Positions 1 to 12,000 of a stretch of DNA of 64,000 nt are shown piece after piece. Numbering within the stretch: position 1 is the stretch's first letter; each line of letters starts with the position of its first letter. Origin of the DNA: Antedon mediterranea. Lineage: Eukaryota > Animalia > Echinodermata. The stretch spans positions 20,035,045 through 20,099,044 of the forward strand of contig NC_092680.1 of NCBI RefSeq assembly GCF_964355755.1. Direction: 5' to 3'. The notes under the pieces are model-generated. The model was not told the origin of the DNA, searched no databases, and saw nothing but the letters and a program-made list of their open reading frames with translations. The translations under genes were made by a program, and so were the position numbers.

Positions 1-3000
1 GATGTGTATGCCCAGCGTTTACAATGCCTACACGTTGTTTTAAGTTCAGGCCTCGCGTGAACATACTGGGTATTGATTCGCCAAGGCAATCATTTGGAAT
101 CCATCCTTCTTTGTTGTCTTTAAGATTTACAGCTCGTACCCAACCTTTTGAAATGATATAAGATAAAAATGTAGAATTAAGTAAAAAACTTATAATGTTA
201 CTTTATTTTATGTCAATTATATTACAATCGATTGAATATATTTATGCTTTCAATTATATGCCACCGTTGACTACGCTGTCGTACTTACTCTACCTATTTT
301 TAAAAAAAAAACCGACATACTCAATAACAATGCCTGTAAGCTAATACGCTATGCTGATGACACTGTCATCACAGGACTTTATTGTTCAGAGGATAAGAAT
401 AACTACTGAAACTCTCTAGTTAATTTTATATCTTGGTGTGACGATAATTATTTAATATTAAATGCCTCAAATGGAGATGGTGTTTAATTTTAGGAAGAAA
501 TATTCACCCATTGAGGCAGTTATAATTAAGAATAATGAAATAGATGTTGTCAATGAATTTAAGTATCTTGGTACCCTTATAGATAAGGACCTTTGTTGGA
601 CGCCTAATACAATATACCTTACACAGAAACTCCTTCCTAGTACCATGAGTTCAACTGTAGATTTTTAAGATAATGTTTCAGTTTAGTATTTATTTTATGT
701 TGTAGTGTGGTGAGTTCTTGCAGCAAGCAAGAAGAATTTCAACTGCCACATGTTTGGCCTTTGACAATAAAGTTTTCTTGTATCTTGTATCTTGTACTGA
801 GAATTCAACGTTAACAGCAAGTAATACATTCTAGGCCAATATCCAATTCGTGTGATTATGAGAAATAATTAGGTTACCCTACTGTAGGCTATATTATAGC
901 TGTTATGATATGATGATAAATGAAGCATCATTATATACGTACCAGATGTTTTATCAGTCAATTCTACCTCGTCACCAGCATCCACTTTCAATTCACCTCT
1001 GTCACTTCCAAGAAAATGTTTAGCAATCTTGTACTTGGGTCTACCTGCAACATAAGTTTAGGAGGCTTTAGTACGCTGAACTATGGGCGTCAACATAACC
1101 ATTACCATCCTTTACCTTACTATCCTCAATATACTGCAAACTTAAACGAGATTATTATGTTGAGAATGGTTCTTTAAGAAGAATGCTTACTCCATGAGGC
1201 ATATTGTTCCCCGACGTCACCAGAGAGTCCGGATAAGGTTTTCCACCAGAATTCGAAACTTCTGCAATATTAAAATAGTTGAAAAGTCTATCAGTGACAA
1301 ATACTTTAATGACATCTAAAGCAGATTGGCATGACGTTATCATAAATTCATCAGCATATTCTCCCGGTACTTTTAGAGACGGTGACCTTCGGGGAAGCTT
1401 GGTGTCAAGCGACAGCTGGCTTGCCATGAAGTTGAAAGCTAGAGGCTAAGAAACTATAGGCTATGTTTACTGTCTATAGACATGGAAATCGGGCCCGTTC
1501 CATCATGTAGCATTTACACATTTATCTATTCACTTTTAATAACATGTTTTAACAGCAAACACGTTTACAGATGACTTCAATGTTGCTAGTATTAGTATTT
1601 AAACGTACATGAACAAAAACAACAAACCTGTCTTGCGAAGATTCCCAACAAATATAATACTTCATTCTCTCACATGTATCCTTGTGCATAACAATCAAGA
1701 ACACATTCATTGGCAAACCTTTCTTCTTTGGTACTTTAAACGGATATGTTTCGCTGGATGGCTTCTCAACTTCAACAAAATTCTTGTTGGCACAGTCGAT
1801 GAGCTTATACTTAACACTAAATATAGGAAATGGTTTCTATGTAGAATTTTTTATTCTTTTTATTCATAAAATGTAAAACAGTGTTGGTTATATAGTCGTT
1901 CGTAAATCAAATAAAAACATAAATTTATTTCGTTCCAATGGCAAAATTAAAACACGAATAACTAAATGTAGTCAACCCCTTCAACCCAACAGTGGAAGAC
2001 CCAGCTGATAAAATGGCTCTTCTTATAATAATTTTGCCACTTTAGCTATATTTGAATTGCATTTAACCACCGCACATAACCGTACAGCAGACCTGACCTA
2101 CCTTAAAACTGTTAAACGATTGTGTACAATTTAATTCTGTGTGCTTACCAAATTTTTCTGTCTTTCTTGTATTGTTTTTCGTTGATAAGCATCACCACTC
2201 GTTCGAATGTTACCAACTTTACATTCGATTCTAACTTCTTCCAGTCTTTGCCACCTTTTTTCTTGCATGAATGCACTATGACGTCATTCCAACTTTCAAC
2301 CCAGCTCTCATTACTAATAAGTTTCTCTGCCTATAGATAACATCATTTATAATTTTAATAATGAATTTGGAAGCACAATAACTTCATAAAGTATATTGCT
2401 CAAATAAAACGACAAGATGTTTCTACAACTTTACCTCAGATAAAGTTACACCTTCAGTTGCTTCAAACTCCATTTGATGAAGAATATTTGAGACGTGTTT
2501 ATGTTCTTTCTCTTGCAATTTACTATCTTGTTCTTCACATTCATTGATAATGACTGTCATATGTTGAACAAGATCACGAGCCCATCTTACCACTTTTTCA
2601 TCTGGGTTGCAATATTTCTCAATTGCTTCTTGAAGACTCTTAACACAAACGTTACAATAAAAGCAATACAATGAAGTGAGCATAAGGTGGATTGTGCTGA
2701 AACACTCCTCGTTAAATAGAAATCAGTGGGCAAAAAGTGAAAAACATGTTTATACCATATAAATAGTAGGCCTATTTAATTTTAGGTTTAGTTTTTATGT
2801 GATAAATTTAGTCAACGAGTATAATTCTCATTTTAAAATAACTAGAGCACTGTTCAAACTTCCTAATCTTATCTTATGGATAATTCGTTCTAAGATTTAA
2901 AATATTCGTTCACATTTAATGACGTAATGTAACGTACGGAATAGATATATTATAGTGTTAATTATCTTCGCTAAAAATGAAGTTTACCTTACTTTAATAT

Positions 3001-6000
3001 GTAGGTTGAACTCTTCGAGGAAGTAACACGGTTTCATCAGCAATCGTTGTAAGTTATCTTTCGGTGTTTCTTGGCTTTTTACAATTTCAAAAAATGATCT
3101 CCTTCTTTGTCTAAAATAGATTTATGTAATAAATTAAAGAATCTATGGCGATAAAATAACTAATATACATTATACATATCATTATTGATTAAATGGTGTT
3201 CAGAAATCATCAATATATCCTTTTTAGCTTATTTCACTATTGTTTTACTGTGAACATTATTTTGACAATGTAATTATATAGTTAATAACAATAATATGTT
3301 ATTTTTGTATTTTATTCAGGAAAAAACGTGTAAACAACGCTAAATTCTAACCTCAGATATGACAATGTAGATTCTTGAAATCTCGAATTAACCGTATAAT
3401 CTTTAAAATCCTTAAGATAATTATTGGCTACAACGTCAAGTAGGAGCTGGCAAATATCATAACAATTGTGCCGGTTGCATTTGTTTAAATCGTTTAAAAG
3501 ACTGCAAACATAACGGTAATAATTAGCACAAAAAGTAATCACAAATATGCCCATTTTATAGCAAAGATTCCTGCGATTAAATTTGCTAACTGCACTTACT
3601 AATAACATAGAAACGAGGAGATTTAACAACTAATTATTGAACGAAATGAATTTAAATTAAACTGAATTACGAAACGGAATGTTCAGTAACTTTAAAATTA
3701 TAAAAATGTTAAAATTTCAGCCAGAAAAGATTGATGTCAGACTAAATTCTTACTCTTCAATAACACGTACTGTAGTTTATCGGTTTCCTTAACTTTTTGA
3801 CCAATGAGGCTTCGTATTTTAAGCATACGTTTGAATAATAGTTAAAGCCAAAAATGCATTTATAGGTGGCTTACTCATTGAAAAACTTGATGAGTTTTGG
3901 AATTCTCGTAAACAGTCTTCTATATTCCCCTTCTTGTAAAATACCATTCTGTGGGTCCAGTGCTGCGTTCGTGACGTAACGACTATTGAGTTCGTTCAAG
4001 TCTTCTAAACATGTTCTCACATAAATGACAATTTCATTGAAAACCTTTGTAAAAAATAACACGTTCAATTTTGTTTTTTAGTACTCAAGATTATTTATTA
4101 TGGTACTCAAGATTATTTAATTATATAAGATATGTGTGTCTTCTCAATTGTTTTACTAAAACTAAGATACATACTTACTCTGGCTATCTTCTGAATGCCC
4201 CTGAATCATAAAATAAAACAATTATATTAGTTACTTAAAAGAGGCCTACGAAAAAAAAAAGTTGTACATGGTTATGTAAATAAAAATGCAAAAACGTTCG
4301 ATTTTATTTATTTATTTATTTATTTATTTATAAGGTTTCGTTTAGCGTGATTAAGCCTTTAGACTCACTGTCACCCAGATGAGCATTTTAGACTCTTCTT
4401 TTTTAAACGAGAGGTATTATTATGGGTGTCTGGCAGTCATGGAACGCATTCTACAGTATGCCTACAATGTCAAACAATTTTCAAAAGTTTCATCAGTATT
4501 TTCTAGCTGATTTCGATCAGTTTTGTGACTTGTAAGACCTTCTATAAATCCCACCCGCTGAGTTTGTGAAGCATAGTTTGTATAAGTTTGCCTGTACTCA
4601 CCCATAACGTGTATCAACATAAGTCTCATCTAAGAAAAATATTAACATACAGTCAGGATAATAAAAATGTAAGAAAAATTATCGAAATTCCCTTTTAAAA
4701 GATAAAGACAAAATAATGATTTTACCTGACAATAGGATAACAAAGGAATAATATTTTAATTTAATTTTTAATTTTGTTGGTACTCATTCCAACATTGAGA
4801 CATTTTGGTTTTTCACGGTACACCACTGCATAACAAAAAAATTGCATTTACCTGCTTCGGTTTCCAAATTGTTTCGTGAAGGTAGGTCAGGTTTTTTTTC
4901 TTTCTCGAATGACGATGGTCTTATTTTGGCCTCAGCATCCAATGGTGGAGCAATATCAACATAAGCATATGGAGCATCATAATATATACCTTCTTCTACA
5001 CTGTATATACACATTAATAATCATAATAGACTTAATGTACTTCAGGGAACAGATACGAACAATATGTATTATCTGCCTCATACAGAATAACTTTATACAT
5101 CCCTTACCTAATGTGAACGTCTCAAGATTTTTAAAATTTACATTATAAATTGTGAAAACAATTTTCCCCTGGTTTTAGTAGGCTTATTAATAAGAGGCGT
5201 AAGTTTAAATTGGTGTATATTTTGTATCATTTTTCAAATTACCAGTTTTGTCTACTTACTTGTTGGCTTGATACTGACTGTCTGATATTTGTTGCACCTC
5301 TTCCGTCTGCCTATTACCATCATAACTGTCCCTTTGATCAAACGTAGCGCCAATACTTTGGCGCTTGTTTTTATGTGTCGCTAATTCAGAAGATTCTTTT
5401 TCCTTCAATAATTTAAGAAAGCTTATTATATTCAATCAATACTTGCAATAACAATGTATCTCTACAATTGGCAACACTATTACAAAATTCATGATTAACA
5501 CAAATTATAGGACAAACTGACAATGCTTATGAGATAAAGCTGCAACGGATAATAGATAAAAGAAAAGGTATAAGTACTAGAACACCAGTTTAGTCTATCT
5601 TACTTTATTCAGGTTAACTTCTGTATCTTCTCTGTTAAGCAAACGTCGTTTGAAAGCAATCACACCTCCAAACCTTTGACCAAGAATTGTCTTTCGCTTT
5701 GAAAATTCCTCAACACCGATTCCAACCGAAACCCTGAACAACAGAAATAATAAATATATTATAGAATGAAAGATGCAGGTTGATAATTATATCCGTTTTT
5801 ATTTAATTCGTAGATTAAAATGATTTACACTTTAATTACTTTCATTTACATTCGCTGAGAAGATACATTTTTACTGGACTTAAATCTAGATTTTGTGGGC
5901 ATCTAAAATGCATAGATTTTACCTTTTCTTTTTATTCGAGGTTCGCTCTCTTACGTTGATTCGTTCGAGTCTTTCTTTAGACCTGATATTGACCATTATC

Positions 6001-9000
6001 TGGTATTCGTTTTCTAACTGTTGTCCTATTTCTCTTGGTATCCAACCAACTTTGTTGTCGTGTAATCTTTGTACGCGAAACATTACTGAAACATAAAACT
6101 AATTTTCAATCGAGAATATCAACATTTACTCAATATGGTTTACTCTCTATATTGTTTATAGGAACATTACTTGAACTCATGACTAGGTGCTGCTTTGTAG
6201 GCCTACGCATTGCATAGTATTCCATATCAATTACTAATACTAGTAACTCAGAAGTTCATAAAACGTGAGTTGCAATGAATAAATCAAGAAACGGATGTAG
6301 AATGAGGATCGCAATCAAACGCATTATTTTGTAGGTTCGCGATCAAGAAACAGTGACCCACGCGTAGGCTACAAAGGGTTAAGCAATAATTAATAGCTGT
6401 AATACTGAGTAATCGTTACCTTCATCTTCAGTTTCTTCAATCACCTCAACTTCATCTTCAAAAGTAAACGTAACATTAGTTAATCGGTCAGTATACTGTT
6501 GACGTATTGAGTACATCGGTCTACCTGTATAATATAATATATTTGTTTATTTGTTTAATTACAATTTGTTTATGTAGTGTATTATCATGCAAAAGGTTGT
6601 TTAATTTAAGTTTTTTCACTTTATTTTTACTTTTTAATTTTACATAAATGTGCTTAGGCCTATACATTAAAAAGTCAAATGATATATTCTCTCTAAAGAC
6701 TCAATTGAAAGTTAATTCCAATGGTTAATGCAGGTTACAAATTTTCTTGAGCTAATCGGTATCAAAATATTATTACAAAATTGTTATTTGATATACGAAC
6801 TTACTCCATGTTGCATAGATACCATTTTCTGGAATTACTATGGCTCTTTCCCATTCTTTCACCTCTGAACTATTAAGAAAAATCATGATGGAGTTAAACA
6901 TTGGTTTGGTGGACATAATTTAGTTTTTCTCTCCTCAAATAATAAAATACAGTGTAGCAAACGTTCATTTCACATGGGCTAGTTTCCTTTTGCTAGAATA
7001 TTTATTACTGCATTTAAACTAAAAAATACTATAAAAACATAACTAAGAGAAATTATTAATTTAAAGGAGTCATCAGTTCATCAGTCGCCAAATGTAGACA
7101 AAATAATATAGTTTATATGCTTATACTGGTAGCCGCTTCAATGCATATATGGCTGATAATTGATATTCACAAAACAATTTAAAACATTAACAAAACCAGT
7201 GTTACTTACTCAGTTGCGACTTTGTCACCCGTAAAAGCTAATACGTATTTGGTAGTTAAACAGAGAGTCTTAGTTTGTCCAACGAGCTTGTAAAAATACA
7301 GTACAAACGTATGTGGATGTGGAGACGCTTTCTTTGGTAGTTGTTCGAAATCAACGTAGTTTCTGTTACAGCATTCCAGTAACTGGTATGATGTGCTTTT
7401 ACTTTAGGTTTAGAATGAGTAAAATATTGGTTACATATAATAATGTTATAATTTTCAACTTGTTAGGCCTAAATCAACTACATGATTATCCATTAATCAG
7501 AAGTAAAATAGCAATATTGATATTTGATTTTTACCGTTTGTCTTGTCTTGCTACTTTCCTCAACTCAACAAGAATCAAAATGAGAAGAGATATCTTATAG
7601 AAATATTATCCTAGAGACAGGAGATGTAATTATATGATAATCATAGGCAATTAAAAGGAATAATTCAGCTGGATTAAAATAATACGTTTAGTCACCTTCT
7701 TTTAGTTTCTTCTGCTGTGGTCAAAAGAACAAACTTTTCGAATACCACCAAGTAAACTTTGTTACCAGGATAAGCACTTTTGCCGTATTTAGATTTCTTT
7801 GGCATGTTTACGTTTAAAAAAATCCCATGCACCTTTGCGTAATCCTCGGCCAGTATTAAGGAAGCCTACAATTAAGAATATAATCTAGTCATAATTATTT
7901 TGATGATAATGAGATTATAACTTGTAGTACAATAATAATGATTTACTATTACTAGCTCACAGTATACTTAAAATAATGAATACTTATAAACATATTTCAC
8001 AAGTTATCGAAAGAAGTGAATATCCATTAATATTTAGAAGTAGAAAAGCCAATGCAATTTCTAATAAAACTAGTTTGGCCAAGAAAGTACAATACGGTAA
8101 ATGCACAATTAAAAACATAATCTATTAAATTTAGTTAATATTGATTTATAAAGCTATTAATTTTAATAATAATATGAATAAATAAGATTCAACTTTACTT
8201 CTTCACCAATGAGTCCAAACTCGTTTTTTGGAAATTGTATCTGTTCAACGATTTTAGATGAATGGTTTACATCTCTCTCAGCTCTATCTTTACATTCCTC
8301 TTGTAATCTGTGTTGCGTATTCACCAAAAGCTGTTGCGTTTCGTGTGCTAATTGGCTCACAGCATTGCCATGGCAATTTATTTTGGCCTCCTTCAAATCC
8401 TTTATAAACAGTTAGACAATTCATTAAATGTGGGGTATAGTAGTAACACTAATAAGCCTTGGTTAATTTTTTTTTTCTGTTTATACGTTTATTAATATGG
8501 ATGATATTTCCGAAATAAAAAGAAATTGAAATTGAAATTAATTGAATTGAATTGAATATTAATTGCTTAGTTAATGGGTACTTTTTGTTGAAATACACCA
8601 CAATAATGTATAATTTCCAGGCATACAAAAACAAATATTAGCATTAGGCATAATATTCTTATTGGTATTCTCTAACTAATATGAATATATTTTGATTGAT
8701 GTGATTGAAGATTAAACCACAGAATCGATGAACTGTAAAAGAAACAGGATGATTATTCTTTGTATGAGTTGAAATATTTATATAATTTGTTCCAACATTT
8801 TATACATATATATTTGTAAATAATGTACCAAATACTGTATAATTTATGAGTTTTAAAGCATGTATTTTATGACCGTCTTAAATATGATTGAGTTAGAAAT
8901 AGAATATTGGGTACCACGTCACACAGAAACGCCAGGCAATTCAAAGGGCCTTGGACTATGGTACGGGATAAATGTACATAGGCCTACAATAATACAATAA

Positions 9001-12000
9001 GTATGCCTAAAAAATGGCTCAACGAAAAGTGGACCTTTTAGAAATGCTTTTGCATAAAACCGAGACATTTTAATTCTAAACCACAATACGAACCTGTAAA
9101 TGATATGCTAGTGTATCAAACCAGTTATTTGGTTCTTTAAAACGTTCTTCCAGATCTGTAAATGAATACTCTTGTCGAGTTGATTGTGACAACCTTTGAA
9201 ATAGCATGTGGCAGTCAGGCCGGGATTTCCTAAACAAAGGTAATATAAAAAAGATTATAACTCAAACGGCTAATTATCGATACCTAGATTTACAGATTCT
9301 TAAATGTCCGATGAAAAAAAAAAGATTCTTACTTGACGAATGAAAGTAGATTCTGTCTGATGTCCTGATTCAGGTAGTACCATTCAAAGCATTCAAAGTA
9401 ACGCTCAGCTAGCCAAGTTTTCAACAACTTATATAGTTCGACAATGTCTTTGCGTGTATATTCCAAATGCGTTTTTAGCCTACAAACAAAGAAGTATTAC
9501 AAATTAACACCAATTCTAACATTTCCAATAATGGTTGAAATAATATTAAAACTATTGTAATAATGATTTGAATATTGATAACGATAAGAGCAACAACAAA
9601 ATTCATAACATTTGAATTATGTTTTGTAATTTCTGTTCTAAGGTTGGATAAGATTCGTGTGATGTTTGTGTTATACACAGGGCAGTTTGGAAATCATAAA
9701 ACGTAGTCTTTAAAAGAACATTTGAATATTAAATATTTGAAAATGATCGTACGTATGTAAAACTTCCACAATTTCATCCAAATGATTGAACATCTTGTGT
9801 TCTCCAACTGAGAAAAATGCATGGTTTAGTTTGTTTTGTTCGTACATCTCCCGTGTTTCTTTCACATAATCATGTAACCATTTCACTCGAATGAATAAAT
9901 CCTCACATTCCTAAAAACAAATTGTATAGAGTTTAAACTTATTAATAAAGAAGTTGATATTTGTTCAGAACTTACATGTGTAACTGAAATATCAAATTTA
10001 TATTTTTAAAACGTAATTTTCAAAATGTTTTAATGCAAATCTGTATTGCTGTTGTAAGGACAATATTGAAACGTAACTATTGGGTCATTTTTTCACTACC
10101 CCGATTAACATTAACATTTGGCCCCTGACCTACTAATTAGACCTAATGAATAAATGTCAAGGAAAATAACAAATTAATAGGCAAGCTAACTTACTTTTAT
10201 GCAGGTAGGATCTCTTTCTTCTGTAGGTACCTGATCGTATCTATTGGATATGTTACAGGTAATTGTGAAAGGGTAGTGCTCGGGAGTTTCTTCACACGGT
10301 GATATGTCCTGCTGGTTCGTCCCTATTGTCTTTTGCAGGCTATCCCCGATGTTTGCTACCTGATATGTCTCTTGTTGCATGATTGTTTGTCTGGTGCTTC
10401 CATGTTCAGTTGGTTCAGGACTTGGAGATTGATCCGGATTAAGTAACCGCTCCAGTTCTTGCCGTTTCCGCCAGTTCGTTGGTTTGCGGATTAGTGACGG
10501 AGTCGAAAGGAGTAACTGTTCCGGCTCTCTCTGGTGCAAGTGTATGGGTGTTGTGACGTTTGCTGATTGAGTCGGACTATATAACTGCTCCTGTTCTTGT
10601 TGCTGCTGCCAGTTTGTTGTTGTTCCAGGGTTTGGTGATTGAGTCGGACTATGTAACTGGCCAATATTTAGCTGCCGCAAGTTCGTTGGTTCATGGCTTG
10701 CTTGTTGATTTAAACGAAGTAACTGCTCCGGGTCTTGCTGCTTCCGCCAGTACGTTGGTTTGCGGATTGGTGACGGAGTCAGAGGCAGTAACTGTTCCGA
10801 CTCTCTCTGGTGCAAGTTTTTGGGTGCTATGGCGTCTGCTGATTGAGTCGGACTATATAACTGCTCCTGTTCTTGTTGCTGCTGCCAGTTTGTTGTTGTT
10901 CCAGGGTTTGGTGATTCGGTCGGACTATGTAACTGCCGCAAGTTCGTTGATTCATGGCTTGGTTGTTGATTTAAACTAAATAACCGCTCCGGTTCTTGCT
11001 GCTTCGGCCAGTTCGTCGTTGGTGTGCGGATTGGTGACGGAGTCAGAGGCAGTAACTGTTCCGATTCTCTCTGGTGCAAGTTTTTGGGTGCTCTGGCGTT
11101 TGCTGATTGAGTCGGACTATGTAACTGCTCTAGCTTTTGCTGGTGCAGGTTCGGCCTCGGCGGCAGAATCGGATAACTTAACTGCCTCTGATCTTGTTGC
11201 TGCTGCCAATTTGTTGTTGCTCTGGGATTTGGTGATTTAGTCTGACTATGTAACTGACTAACATCTAGGTGCCGCAAGTCCGTTGGTTGATGGTTTAGTG
11301 ATGTAGTCGAACTAAGTAAACGTTCCGGTTCTTGCTGTTTCAAGTTCGTCGGTTCAGGGCTTAGTGACGGAGTCGGACTGAGTAATTGATCAGGTTCCTT
11401 CTGTTGTAAGTTTGTTGATCCATGGCTTGGTAACGTAGTCGATCTAAGTAACTGCTCCGGCTCGTTCAGTTGCAAGTTCGTTGACCAAAAACTTGCTGAT
11501 GGAGTCGAACCAAGAAACTGTTCCGGCTCTTGCTGTTGCAAGTTCGTTGGTCCAGGACTTACTGATGGAGTCGAACTAAGTACATTATCCGGCTCTTGCT
11601 GTTTCAAGTTCGTTGACATAGGACTTAGTGACGAAGTCGAACTAAGTAAATATTCCGGGTCTTGCTGTTTCAAGTTCGTTGGTCCATGACTTGGTGGTTT
11701 AGTCGGACCACGTAACTGTTCCGACTGTTTCGTTGGTACATTGGGGAATGGTGATTTAGTCGCACTATTGAACTGATCTTGCTCTTGTTGCTGTGTGTAT
11801 GTTGGTCCCGAGGTTGTTAATTGACTTTCACCGAATATCCATCCTGCCTTCTTTTCTAGCTTATATTGAATCTGCATAATTAAATGTATCTATTAATATG
11901 TATTGGTACCAACGGTTTATACAATTATACACTGAACATTTATTACAAGTAATATAAAAACTATTGTGTTCTTACTCATTATTAAGAGAACACTTTGTAT

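Noticed and set aside
1155-1427. 90-aa minus-strand ORF MASQLSLDTK... as an alternative first exon
   Set aside because: It enters exon 1191-1261 in the wrong frame, has no paralogous counterpart and no recognisable homology.
1609-2340. Plus-strand ORFs recurring across paralogs (1609-1869, 2122-2340; also 17181-17603, 36586-36768, 50199-50739)
   Set aside because: Antisense shadows of conserved minus-strand PH exons. Splice signals and protein motifs are all on the minus strand.
4721-4760. Candidate micro-exon with an apparently mutated acceptor that would break gene A
   Set aside because: A proper 28-nt phase 1-to-2 exon at 4602-4629 maintains the frame.
10560-11240. Hydrophobic repeat ORFs on the plus strand
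   Set aside because: Antisense reading of the gene A coding minisatellite.
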